A DNA stretch of 64,000 nt, taken from Podarcis bocagei. Its lineage: Eukaryota. The first letter of the stretch is position 1, and each line of letters begins with the position of its first letter. Both the position numbers and the translations under genes were made by a program. Location of the stretch: the NCBI GenBank assembly GCA_964188305.1, contig OZ076888.1; one strand, given 5' to 3'. The notes beneath the pieces were generated by a model that worked only from the letters and a program-made list of their open reading frames with translations, had not been told where the DNA came from and ran no database searches. Positions 25,470 to 38,080 of this stretch are shown piece after piece.

Positions 25470-26118
25470 GCCTCCATCTGCACTATATGTATAAAGCAGT
25501 ATCATGCCACTTCCCCCAAAGACTCCTGGGTACTGTGGTTTTTTAAGGGTGCTGAGGGTTGTGAGGCCACCTATGCACCTCACAATGCTACAATTCCCAT
25601 AGTTCCCTGGGAAAGGGGACTGAGTGTCAAAAAACACTGGGAACTGTAGCTCTGTGGGGAGAACAGGGGTCTCCTAAATACCCGTAACAGACTACAGTTC
25701 CCAGAATTCTTTGGGGGAAGTCATGACTATTTAAAGTGGGATAGCTGTGGTCTAAACCGCAGAGCCTAGGGCTTGCCGATCAGAAGGTTGGTGGTTCGAA
25801 TCCCTGCGACGGGGTGAGCTTCCATTGCTCGGTCCCTGCTCTTGCCCACATAGCAGTTCGAAAGCACGTCAAAGTGCAAGTAGATAAATAGGTACCACTC
25901 CGGCGGGACGGTAAACGGTGTTTCCGTGTGCTGCTCTGGTTTGCCAGAAACGGCTTGGTCATACTGGCCACATGACCTGGAAGCTGTACACTGGCTCCCT
26001 TGGCCAGTAAAGCAAGATGAGCACTGCAACCCTAGAGTCGTTCGAGACTGGACCTAATGGTCAGGGGTCCCTTTACTTTTACCTAACACTGCTTGACATG
26101 TATAGTGCAGATGAAGCC
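25470..26118. mobile_element. MITE-like host element interrupted by the Sauria SINE
   Basis: Inverted ends CATCTGCACTATA (25475-25487) / TATAGTGCAGATG (26101-26113); internal GGGAACTGTAGCTCTGTG / CTACAGTTCCC motifs shared with the hairpin at 1831. Confidence 0.65.
25744..26084 (+). mobile_element. Sauria SINE, slightly 5'-truncated, nested in a MITE-like element
   Basis: B-box GGTTCGAATCC, body matching other copies, GGGGTCCCTTTACTTTTACC tail. Confidence 0.9.
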
Positions 26119-29100
26119 TATGAGGCATCCATACATGTGTAATTTGATGCATGAAGATCAATCATTATTTTTCAAGTTTGGCTCATCTGCTATTAGCCTT
26201 ACTTTTGTCGGTCTACAGATAAGAGGCCCAGTGTGTGTACACACACCATGCCTGATCCTGCCGTCCTACCGCACATAAAGGGTGTTTATCGAAGGTATGC
26301 ATAACTAGGACTTTCATACGTAACACGTTTGCATTGTGGCTGCTTAAGTTAGCAAACTGAAGCAAGCCCCCCCCCCCCCACACCCAGCTGCGACCTTTCC
26401 TGCTGTGGCTGCAGCAGAGAAGAGGTTGAATACCACATACTGAAGACTGTATTTGCAAAATTTCCCTGCTCAGAACTTCAATATTGCTCCCAAAGCACAA
26501 CCTAACTTAACATTCTGAAGGTTTGTTTTAAATTCCCTGATTGTGCGCGTATATAAATAAGTTTCTTCGTTCACAAGGAGAACTTGTACTGATCTGTAGC
26601 TCAAATCAAACACGTATATTACTGGCAAAACCAACCACAGCTTTGCTTTGTTCGCAAACAATGCTACCTCATTCCTTGCAGAAAGCTCTCTTTATTCCTT
26701 TAATCGGGGACTTGTACTGAAACCCAGTAGGGAAGGTTGCCAAGTACCTCACATACGACCAAAAAATGGGAAGGCGGCATATATGGAAAAGAAAGTCACT
26801 AAAACGTCACCTAACACTGTCCTTGGGCTTCCATAGATCCTGCCTGCATCCAGTTCTGATCTGAAAGCTATTTTCAGTTTTCCCACAATATTCAGACAAA
26901 GAAGCCCAGATAACGAGGAAAGCTTATTCTTGAGACTTAAGCTATGTAAACATTAGAGGCTTAAAAAGCAGTGAGGTTGTTTCACCCTTGTAGTGTTTCA
27001 GCACATTTTTATTTTGCTGCACAAACCGTGAGCGGGTGGGGATGTCTTCACCTGAAGTACATTACCTGATGTGTCTCGTCATGCCCACAACCCCACACCA
27101 GAGGTGCCACTTCTGCAGAGGAGGGCCTTCTGAACATTTTGAAGGGGCCTGGCCCCTTCAAAAAATAGATCAGGGAGCCGCAGTGCCTCAGCCCCCAGGA
27201 GAAGGCACCCTTGTATTCCACAAAGCTGTCATCTGCACATGTGCAATGACTTTCTCAAAGTACACAACTCTGTTCAACTGTGCTTTAAGTTTTCATATTG
27301 GAAGCTGGTTTGAGGGGGAAAGTATTTATTCAATAAGCTACAGGATACCTATGCATCGTGGCTCAATTGGCTTCAAACACAAGTTGTGGGAGAATATTGG
27401 AGCACAAACCACCAGAAGGCTCCTCCATTTTAAAACAACACACTTTGTGTGTCTCTTGATAATGGCTTTCAGGTAGTTTTCAAAACTACAAAACAAGTAT
27501 TGCAAACACACATAAGACATTTTGACTAGAGAATTAAGAATCTGCTTTAAGGAGCAAACAATGGCATTCTTCTGTCACTAGATACTTTAATTTTAATATT
27601 TTTAGTTTAGTGGGGAAGGGGGGGGGAGAGAAACATGCTTTCAGACTTTTCAATAGTTCTTTTGTTAAAGCATCCATTACTCACATAATTGAAAAGATGT
27701 TTGTTCAGTGGCATGCTTGAGAGTACAGTTATTTAATCTTAATGATAAAGCCCCGAGGACAGAAATATAAGTAGAAACCCTCTTGTTATTTATCAAAGAA
27801 GGAAAAAATGCCAAGGCAAATAATTGATTCTCAAACTCTCGCTTGGTGGAAAACTCACAATGAAATTCACAAATTGCAAAGGTTTTCTTAGAGACAGTTA
27901 GAGGCCCTGCTGCCAAAAGTCAGTTCAAGTTCTACTACAGGCCTGAGGTGATCAATAATTATTATTTTAGTTAATAAGATTTTAAGTTACACTTGGGTCT
28001 GTACAAATGGACCACTATGGGAATGGTGGAGGTTTCCTTCATTTGCAGACTGGTAACTGTCTTCTGACGCAAAATAAGCTGCTGTTTGTATAGGTTTATC
28101 AATATGGCAGCATTTGAATGAGGATCAACTGTCCACTTACTCCTCACACACCCACACAAAAAATCCCTGAAGCAGTTTTGAAGCTGTTTTTAAATATTTA
28201 TGTTTGTTTAAAAGGGGACAGATGAATATATAAACGGATAAATATACATATGGCTCTTTGAAAAATAAAAAAGGCAGGCATGTGGAGAGGAGCAAGACTG
28301 GCTGATCTAGCATCTGATTTGCTGGTATGCAAGTATATCATGCAGACTGTGAAACGGGAGAAGCCCATATTGTAAGGGAAGAAAATTGTTGCATCTTCTC
28401 CTGTTATATTATGCCTTTCTTCACTCTTATTTAATATATGACCGTCATGTACCACAGATGGCAGTTCTGTTGTACAAAAATGGCTTTATGTCTCTGAACT
28501 TTACTTCTGTTTTGTTATTCCCAATGGCCAATACAAATAAATTTAGGCAGCAGTCTTATTCTCATTAAACTCAGCGAGGCTTACTTCTGAGCAAATTTAC
28601 TTCCTAGAAGAAACACAGGAGAGTGGGGGAGAGAATTGCTCTAGCAAAAGAAAAATCTTTTCTTTGATGCTTTCTTGCTTTCTTTTTGGTTAAACAAAGA
28701 ACTAGTTGAAGTTTCCAGTATGGAACAAGACCTGGTTAATTTTTGCCTCGGGATGTTTTCAACAACCTGAACCCCAAACCTCCTATTAATTACAACCTTT
28801 AGTGAAGGGAAATAAAATATTTTTTAGATAGATGGTATAATAGGTTTTTCTATTGCCCCTCTGGACAGGATGTTAGTGCTTACAGATGCTCCTGAAATGT
28901 ACACTTCTACAAAGTTCTCTCTAAATACTTTAAGCAAAGAAAAGAAAAACAAATAACATTTTGGTTGGACTATTGGACTCTCTTGTGTATGAAATTTCCT
29001 CACAGAATACGTATATGTCTTTAAAGCTGTTTCAGGAACCTGCTTCCAATGCCTTATTTTGACCTAACTTGGTTTTGTGAGTAAAAATAGATTTCGCTTT

Positions 29101-30419
29101 TCATATTATCAGGATGGGGATATTGGAATATGAGATGTGTTTTTCCCCCTCATGAAATAATCTTACAAGCACTTCAGCTGGACATTTTTTTGTTCCGTAA
29201 AAGCAAGCATTTGAACTGTTCAGATACATTACAAATGACTGATTTAAGACCAAGACAGGATCCATAGTTTTTAAGGAGCATGAAGACCCAGCAGCCCTAA
29301 GGCTGCAGAAAGGCCTCTGACTTGTTCTCTAAAGTATCAGGTTACATTTTAAAATATAATAAACCTCTTGCTGTTATGGCTGTGGAATGAGGCCTTTTAA
29401 ACCAAGAAATCAGTGTAACCAATAAAAAGGACCATCTGTCTGAGAATGCAGGGAGTCTGTAACAATAGCTTTAAGGTGTCAAGTGCCCCATTCATTTCAA
29501 TAGACTCTAATCCAGATGCCTATGATATTTTAAATGTCAACATTGTTAACTGACATCGCTGCTTATTAGAGCATGTAAGAAAGGAAAATAACCACCCCAA
29601 TGTGAATGACTCTTCCAACTTGTCCCAAAGTGGAAGAAATTTCACAAAGCACTAGAGGAGATGAGAGGAAGAGAATTTTGATAGCATGGAAAGAGATAAT
29701 ATTCAAAGGTACCAGTTTCTCTCTCTCTCTTTCTTTCTTTCTCTCTCTCTCTCCCCCCCTCCCCTTATGGGATGGATGGATGGGCTGCATGAGATGAAAA
29801 ATACTTTATTGTCCTGTAAAAAAAAAAAGACTTAGCAGAGCTTGTGTTTCCCAAGTTTGGGGGATTGAAGTATAGTGAAGAAACCGGAAAGAAAGGTTGT
29901 CTAAATTTAGGCAAATAAGATAATGTATTAACCATCAACCAAAAACACCCACCCACACCCAGAAGTCATCTTAAAACTTTACTGTGGAAAAATTGAATGC
30001 AGACAACCAAGAAATTCTCTTATGAAATTATAGGGGAAACCAAGGCTAACAAGGCTCCTTTATGAGTTTGGGTTAGAAAATACATCAGACTGACAGAACC
30101 AAGACTTCATGGTCTTTGCTGACATGGACTTTTTTTAAAAAAAAGAGAGCTGAAATTGTATTTTTTTTTAAAAAAGTGTTGTCTAGAAACAAACAAACAA
30201 ACAAACAAACAAACAATAAAGTTTCAAAAAACACTCCTCAGAATTTGGGTCTGCAAATTATTATTGCTATTAGAATTTGTATACAGCTCTATACTCGCAT
30301 GTTCTCTGAATATTGAAATGCTTATCAAATATCTGATATTTGTATTTTATGTCCTATGGTATTTGATTTCAGTATAATACATTTGAGTCTGAGATTTTAT
30401 TTCAATCTTTCAAATTTGA

Positions 30420-30590
30420 CAGATGGTGTTGGACAGCTTTTGCTAGTTGGGATGCAATGGTATTTAGTACTTGATAACTGGCATGCAATGGTATTTAATA
30501 TTGGTGTTTCACAGTTGTTATGCAATGGTGTTTGACACTATTTGATAGTTGGCATGCAATGGTATTTAGCATCTGACAGTATTTGACAGC
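30420..30590. repeat. Degenerate minisatellite, 4 x ATGCAATGGT(A/G)TTT at 31-37 bp spacing
   Basis: Core copies start at about 30452, 30483, 30520 and 30554; spacers share (T)TGA(T/C)A(G/A)(T/C)TGGC-like sequence. Confidence 0.7.
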
Positions 30591-31118
30591 TTCTGCTGAT
30601 CAGTTTTCATTTCTGAGGCCTGCCAACTCAAATCAAGAGATGCCAAAGTCGAAACCACTTGATTTTTGAGGGGAAACCATTCAAAATACAAACTGAAATT
30701 ACAAGGGCAAATGCATGCTTTCAGAATTAGAATGAAAGAATTGGCAAACGTGAATATTTACAAATATCTGCTTCAGTTCTACATTTTTATTTACATCTCA
30801 ATTACATCATCCATACACACACCTAAACATTTTTCACTGAAAGCAAGGTATACCACATGGTGGAAGTAAAGACTCCTAATGCCATCCATTGACATCCAAC
30901 CCCTACAATCTACATGCATCGTATACCTAAGCTCTTTTTTCTTCCTTCCTACTCACATGGTCACCACAGAGTCTTATATATTATTTCTTAGAGGCCAGTC
31001 CCTCTGAGTTCACAATGGGGCTTATTCTTAAAATTATACAACTGCCACCACAATTTACTGAATCAGCGACATACAATTTTGAATTGATTCAGCCAGTTTA
31101 GTTATTTAGTTATTGTTT

Positions 31119-31284
31119 AGGTAACGGTAAAGGGACCCCTGACTGTTAAGTCCAGTCACGGACAACTCTGGGGTTGCGGTACTCATCTTGCTTTACTGGC
31201 CGAGGGAGCCGGTGTTTGTCCGCAGACAGGTCATGTGGCCAGCATGACTAAGCCGCTTCTGGCGAACCAGAGCAACACACGGAA
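31119..31284 (-). mobile_element. Sauria SINE 3' half
   Basis: GGTAAAGGGACCCCTGAC...CATGTGGCCAGCATGACTAAGCCGCTTCTGGCGAACCAGAGCA matches other copies. Confidence 0.88.
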
Positions 31285-31644
31285 GCTCAGTTAAATATAG
31301 GAAGACCACCTGATGCTCAATTCAATATAATTCAAAATCGGTCGTCAGTTGTATTACCTAGGAGGTAGAAGAGTCACAGAGTTTAGCCCTCAGGTTAAAG
31401 CTGTAACATCTATGACAGTGTTAGATCTGTTTGTTGCAGCTTTTGTTGGCTTACTTATCTGCAATATGTAAAAATTCTCATTTTGACATGTAAATAAGTG
31501 CCCTATTGCTCTACCTGGATTTTAAATGTATTTGTTTGGGACAAGGAAAACACACATACACCCAAACATTCTGATTCCACAACTGACATGATAGGGTTGA
31601 ATACATTACATTTAAATATTTGGATTAATGAAGTAGTGAACACA

Positions 31645-31772
31645 ACTTGGGCCAATCACTGTCTGACAATCTAACCTACCTCCATTGGGTCATTGTGAGG
31701 ATAACATGGAGAAGGAGAGAACCACGTATGCTACTTTGAGCTCCTTGAAGGAAATGGTGGGATATAAATGTA
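31645..31772 (+). mobile_element. Old CORE/MIR-like SINE 3' part
   Basis: CTAACCTACCTC..GGGTCATTGTGAGGATAA..ACCACGTATGCTACTTTGAGCTCCTTG..GGGATATAAATG. Confidence 0.55.
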
Positions 31773-33035
31773 ATTCAAAAAATATGTGGAACCATGGAAA
31801 CATGTGAAGGGAAAGATCGAAGAGCCCTCTGGTTCTGTTGCATGCGTGGATTGTTGTGATTTCACACTTCAGCAAGTTCAAATGTGCAACCTATCACTTG
31901 TGTGTGATTTACTCCCTGCTCAAATGCTGGCTATTGTACGATGATGCCATGGGTTTTGTACAATAGATGTCACAACATTATGGAGTATATGCGTGGCAGG
32001 TTTCAGTTCTGCTGAGAAGTATCCTAACAATTTTGACACTGCTGTCACCTAATATAAAAAATGGTCAGTAACAAACAGAAAGCAGACATTTGGAATTCAA
32101 GTAGTCCAAAATACCCTGATTACTAAGACGTCTTAAAACACAACATTTTTATGACTAAAGTTTGACACGGGGACACAAAGTCTGCAATGTCCTATACAGA
32201 ATGATGTTGTAGAAGAGGTATCTGTCCCTTTAAGGGTGGGTGGGGAACTGACAGGAAATAAAGATCAGAGCAGGGAGCTTCAATTGAGAATATAGCTGTC
32301 ATAAGGCCCAAATTGCAAGTTACATTAAACGTGTAGTATGGTGTTGCATGCTTCTTTTTTCAGTGTTAAACAGCAACTCTGTGTATGATCAAGAATGAGA
32401 ATGCAGAGCATGAAGAGAGACCTGATGAAATTCCTCTCCCATAGCTGATATTTGGCCCAGGAAAGAAGCTATCATTTGCACCAACAGCAGCTTTTAGGGG
32501 TTAGGGAGAAGGGTTTTCATTGGGGCCACAGTGCAGGGAGAAAGGGTTAAAACCACCCCACATGCTGCAGCCCTGATCTCTTCTGGCAGTTGCTCTTCAA
32601 AGTTGAAGTGTGCATGGCTAAACTACGTTTTTGTTCTCAGTGGGAGATAACTCTGTGAGTTTCTCCAACCAGAAACTGAGGGGTGGCAGTCTATTGGGCG
32701 TCTGCTGCCAGGAAAATGGCTCAAATGGGTTTTGAGATTCACCTTTCATACATTTTAACTATCCTAGGATAGAAAAAGAAAGAGCATCTAATACTGTACA
32801 TGAATGTGCCTATGTTGTAGAGATGTGTGTGGTGTGTGTGTGTGTTTCTTTGTGCGTGTGTTTATTAGCTTTCCTTAAACCATTCTTGAGCTTTGGCATC
32901 TGTACTAGTAATCTCAATACTCTCTGTCAGGTGGAGTTACAACTTTTCAGATTTACTTCTCTGGAAGGGAATACACAATCAGTCAAGGGTGTGAGGAGTG
33001 GACCTTCCTGGACAGACAATTTATAGAAGAACATA

Positions 33036-33381
33036 CAGTGGTGCCTCGCAAGACGAAAAGAATCTGTTCTGTGATTCTCTTTGTCTAGCGGTTTTTTCGT
33101 CTTGCGAAGCAAGCCCATTGACAGATTAGCGGATTAGCGCTATTAGCGCTATTAGCAGCTTTTAGCGGCTTATCATCTTATCGGATCAGCTGATAAGCGG
33201 CTTAGCGGCTTAGAAAAGGGGGGGGGAGAGGAAAAAACCCCCGCAGGAACTCGCAAGACATTGTCGTCTTGCGAAGCAAGCCCATAGGAGATTCGTTTTG
33301 CGAAGCACCTCCAAAACGGAAAACTCTTTCGTCTAGCGAGTTTTCCGTCTTGCGAGGCATTCATCTTGCGGGGCACCACTG
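33036..33381. mobile_element. Tc1/mariner (Tigger-like) MITE, second family
   Basis: TA-CAGTGGTGCCTCGCAAGACGAA ... TTCATCTTGCGGGGCACCACTG-TA; internal repeats of CGTCTTGCGAAGCAAGCCCAT and TTAGCG(G/C) units. Confidence 0.88.
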
Positions 33382-33456
33382 TATAACCTTAATGTGTAGT
33401 CTTTTTCCTTTTTAATTGCATTTTGTTTAGGAAATGTGAGGTCACAAACACATCAT

Positions 33457-33458
<2 letters not shown>

Positions 33459-33506
<48 letters not shown>
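33459..33506. repeat. (AG)n microsatellite
   Basis: Direct read. Confidence 0.97.
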
Positions 33507-33509
<3 letters not shown>

Positions 33510-33882
33510 CCTAACAAAAACCACAACTTCCTGCTCATTTACAGCATCATGGCTATTTACTCAGGGAAATAAAAATCATCCATTGCGTATTTTGTGCAGG
33601 GGTAAAAAACAAACAAACAAACCCCTGACTCACTTTAACTGGCACTGAGTGAAAACTGCATCTGATCTGATATCAATATCCTTAGAACACATTGCAAATA
33701 ACATGGTTCTATGAGAAAACTAACCATTTTCAATTATTTCTAAATCCTAGATGACCTAACATAGAAATGCAGGATCCTGACAGCGCACAAATCAGAAATC
33801 CAGGTTTGTGTTTTTGCAGTACTAAAGTCAGGCCATGCTGTCTTTACTTTATGTGATCAGCCACTGTAATTCTACAAGAACT

Positions 33883-34231
33883 GTAAAGGTACCCCTGCCC
33901 GTACAGGCCAGTCGTGTCCGACTCTAGGGTTGTGTGCCCATCTCACTTAAGAGGCCGGGGGCCAGCGCTGTCCGGAGACACTTCCGGGTCACGTGGCCAG
34001 CGTGACAAAGCTGCATCTGGCGAGCCAGCGCAGCACACGGAAACGCCGTTTACCTTCCCGCCAGTAAGCGGTCCCTATTTATCTACTTGCACCCGGGGGT
34101 GCTTTCGAACTGCTAGGTTGGCAGGCGCTGGGACCGAGCAGCGGGAGCTCACCCCGCCACAGGGATTCGAACCGCCGACCTTTCGATCGGCAAGCCCTAG
34201 GCGCTGAGGCTTTTACCCACAGCGCCACCCG
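33883..34231 (-). mobile_element. Sauria SINE, near full length
   Basis: Reverse complement of the 45331 element; same subfamily diagnostic (GGTACCCCTGCCCGTAC). Confidence 0.92.
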
Positions 34232-34293
34232 TAGCCTCCTGATAAAATAATAACAACTTGCACACTTTGTATGTGTTGAGTCACGTACATAGC

Positions 34294-34440
34294 NNNNNNN
34301 NNNNNNNNNNNNNNNNNNNNNNNNNNNNNNNNNNNNNNNNNNNNNNNNNNNNNNNNNNNNNNNNNNNNNNNNNNNNNNNNNNNNNNNNNNNNNNNNNNNN
34401 NNNNNNNNNNNNNNNNNNNNNNNNNNNNNNNNNNNNNNNN
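34294..34440. other. Assembly gap (147 N) in intron 8
   Basis: Run of N. Confidence 1.
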
Positions 34441-34796
34441 CTGGGCTGACAAGGACATTTTTATGAAGTGCTTGGACTGATTTGATTTAAACCAATCAGA
34501 GAGGCAGGTTTAGACCAGCCAGCCCTACAGCGACAATAATGCATTCATGGGCATTATACGATTCCTGCTATGCTTTAAATAAAAACATCCATTGATTCTC
34601 GGCTCAAAGCAACCAGCGCTTGCATTATTGCACTCATTAATAAGGCAAAAGGACGCTTAGAATGCATATCCAAAATAACACTTAGTGAACCCACTGGCAA
34701 CAACACTTTGTTTTAAAAATGAAAATGTTTACTGGAAGCGAGCCACTTGCAATTAAAAAAACCAAATATGTCAATAACACACTGAAATCATGCTTA

Positions 34797-35132
34797 AAGG
34801 TAAAGGTAAAGATACCCCTGCCCGTACGGGCCAGTCGTGTCTGACTCTAGGGTTGTGCGCTCATCTCGCTCAAGAGGCTGGGAGCCAGCGCTGTCCGCAG
34901 ACACTTCCGGGTCACGTGGCCAGCGTGACAAAGCTGCTCTGGCGAGCCAGCACCAGAGCAGCACACGGAAACGCCGTTTACCTTCCCGCTATAAAGCGGT
35001 CCCTATTTATCTACTTGCACTTGGGGGTGCTTTCGAACTGCTAGGTGGGCAGGAGCTGGGACCGAACGACGGGAGCTCACCCCGCCGCAGTCCTAGGCAC
35101 TGAGGTTTTACCCACAGCGCCACCCGCGTCCC
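34797..35132 (-). mobile_element. Sauria SINE with internal deletion of the B-box region
   Basis: (AAAGGT)n tail, head ...CACCCGCGTCCC; TSD AAATCATGCTTA at 34785-34796 and 35137-35148; lacks the GGATTCGAACC...GGCAAG segment present in the 33883 copy. Confidence 0.92.
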
Positions 35133-35311
35133 TTTTAAATCATGCTTAGCCCTTCTTTATTTGAAAGGGGGAACACACACTGATTTTTGAAAGGGGAGCC
35201 CCCAGAGAGCGCTTTTTCATGTCAGACCATCTTCCCTGTCACTGTCATTTTCTACTAGTAGCAGCTCTTCAGCATCTCAGGCAGACATCTTTCCTGGTCC
35301 TGACACCTGAC

Positions 35312-35460
35312 ATCATAGAATCATAGAATAGTAGAGTTGGAAGGGATCATGAAGATCATCTGGTCCAACCCCCTGCAATGCAAGAATCTTTTGCCCAAGG
35401 TGGGGCTCAAATCCACAACCCTGAGGATAAGGGTCTCATGCTCTACCAACTGAGATATCC
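35312..35460 (-). mobile_element. tRNA/CR1-tailed SINE copy
   Basis: Same layout as the 23251 copy; head GTCTCATGCTCTACCAACTGAG. Confidence 0.8.
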
Positions 35461-37982
35461 TTCTATCCATTTGTTAAAAACAGTGTGGATTACACGTGAG
35501 ATTTGGGGCGTGCAAAGCATGCTTGAGCCACAGTACTGTTCCTATCTAGTCCAAATTGTTACTAACGGATAAATCAAACTGTGTCAACTGCAACTCAACT
35601 GCTAATACAGTTTTTAGGTGCCAGTCAACCTCTGCCAATTTTGTTTGTTTACAACTGCTTTCATTGAAAATGAACAGTTCTGCAACCTAGACAAATGGAT
35701 TCAATTGCCTTTCTTTCTAATAGTTTATTCAAAACGTTTTGCAAAATGCCATCTAACGTTGCTAGGCAAGGCCTCCAAATTTCCAAATTTCTTTCCAAAT
35801 TTCCTATTACATTTTAAATCCGGTCTCATCTACAAAGTAGGCCTTATGCTGCTTAACTGAAGTGTGAAAACTGCAGCTTACTTTGCTACCACTTTAGGAA
35901 AACCTGCCTGAAATACAAACTTCTGTTGATGGGGGGAGGGGGAGAGCAGAAACCAAGAGACACCAAGAAGCCAGAAAACGCCCACCTGTAAAGTTAATAT
36001 TCCTGTCTGAGAAAGCTAGGGTCCAATTCACAGAAGCAACAGCACCAACAAGCCCACTTCTTTGTTCCCAGTTCTCACAAAGCAAGAGAACAGAAGCATG
36101 AGTAAGAAGAACAGAAGCGCCAAAGTTTGGGAGAAAGAATTCTAGGCATGGCCAGACAACCTTTGCCCCACAAACGCATCCTGGCATGATCAAGGGTAAT
36201 TCATGCTCCACCCATTATCTATTGGGGGGTGAGAGGGTATTTGGACCAATCAACCCTTCCTCCGCCTATCTACACCAGCACTGATTTGCAATGAGTAACA
36301 AAGATTGCATTAAAACCACAAAGTGTGATTCCATGGCCACTTTTCTTCTTCCAGAAAAAACAATCAAGGCCACAATCTGGAACGGGGCCAAACATCCGGG
36401 TGACATCGACACCTTGGCTACTATTTGCCTCTGAAGTTGCTCTCCATGTAGCTGCTTTTTCTAGAAAACTAGGTGGCCAATGAAGCATGCTTTTTTAAAA
36501 AATGTGCTTAACACAACTTGTCGCTTGATCCTGAAATGGAGACTACACTCAAATGTCCCTCACAGCAGTCACCTTCCATGTGGGCACTAACACTGCCTCT
36601 CCTGTATAGGGAGATTGCTAAAGGCGGTTTGTATGCAATTGAGTTATAGACAAATTTTAATTAATGCACTTAAATTAGTCAAGTCCATTGATTTCAATGG
36701 GTCTACCCTTGAGTATGACTTAGTTGGATACCACACTATGTTCTTTTTCTCCCAAGCCATTTTCTTTGCCTCCCAAGCGAGGCAAAATCCCATGGAAATC
36801 AAGGTGACAAGGAACCAGCTAACCTCCATGGGATTTAATGGGACTTGCCTAAACTAAAATTCTCTAAACTGTGCTCACTGGCTATGATCCAAAGAGTCTG
36901 TTTACTTTGACTCATATTATTCAGTGGGATCAACTGAGAACGGCCAACTCTTAATGTGGATTGTCCATAATTTGTACGGTTCCATCCAAGCTCCCACACT
37001 AGAAGACATTTACTTACCTACCTGTAAGACTAATCAGATTTTCACTCTGGAATTTAAAGTGAACAATAGTCCTATACAGAATATGGCTGGCACCTCACTT
37101 CTTTCAGTCTGGCTAGCAGTTAACACTTTAGAAAAGACACGTATGTTCAACGTATGTCAAAAAAGCATTGCAATGCTGTAAGATGGTGATAAACAAACAC
37201 TCTCTTGGCCCCTACAGGAAACTAGTTAGTGATCTGGAGCATGAGATCATATTGCTCATTTCAGAGCTTGAAAGCACACATATTTTATTAATGGCCGTAT
37301 TTTCTCAAAATTCTTTTAAGGAAGCATCACAACCGTATCATGTTATCCGATGTACGCTGGATACCCAACCTTTGGAAACTATTATTAACTCAGAAAGGGT
37401 ACAAAATCAATGTTTATAAAACAGCAACTCTGCTGCACTTTAGAAAGATAAATGGTTGTCAGCTGCAAGAAGAAAGGAGAGAAGAAAACATTAAAGGAAT
37501 ATGGAAGAAATGTTTTCCCCCCCGTGACTTATAATGGGAACATCCCACTAATCTGAAGACAGCCATACATTGCTTTATTTGCATTTATCTGCAGAGTGGT
37601 TTTTAAAAGACAAAAAAAAACCCCCTAAAAAACACCAGCCAAAGCAGTTAAGATATGATCATTTTGTCCATCATCAAACTATCATCTGTTTTGCTCATCA
37701 GTTACAGCTTCTATATTATAGAAGCTTTGGTAAAACAAGGTATGAAGAAGAAAGGAATCAGAGCCCCCGATTTATTTGTTTTGAAATCGGAGACACACAC
37801 TGGTTTAAATTACAGCATATTACAGGACTAAACTGGTGATGGAATATTTACTGGGCCTTTTGTAAGAGGCCTTCTTGGCTCTCCCCCCCTCTCTGCCCCC
37901 ATTTCTTTACAAAAGGCTTTGAAGTCCCTTCAAATTAATTTTTCTCCTTTATTAAACAAGCATTTCATATTTGTTATCTTAC

Positions 37983-38080
37983 CTTTCATAATGTCTACGA
38001 GTACACGTGGCTGCACTTGTGCTCCCAGGGTTACCACCTAATTCATCATAAATATGTTTCCATTGTCGGCGGGCTGTTAT
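37983..38080 (-). CDS. ARID5B: ARID5B exon 8 equivalent (ARID domain; ITARRQWKHIYDELGGNPGSTSAATCTRRHYER), 98 nt
   Basis: Acceptor TTTTACAG|ATA at 38080, donor AAG|GTAAGA at 37983; classic ARID5-family helix sequence. Confidence 0.97.

Noticed and set aside
30420-30590. CRISPR-like repeat/spacer appearance
   Set aside because: Vertebrate intron, repeats only 14 bp, spacers related to each other, no cas genes.
34213-34458. ORFs containing X runs
   Set aside because: Artefacts of the N gap.
33914-35103. Similar ORFs at 25766, 33914, 34790, 34837 and 58637 suggesting a small gene family
   Set aside because: All are antisense translations of Sauria SINE copies.
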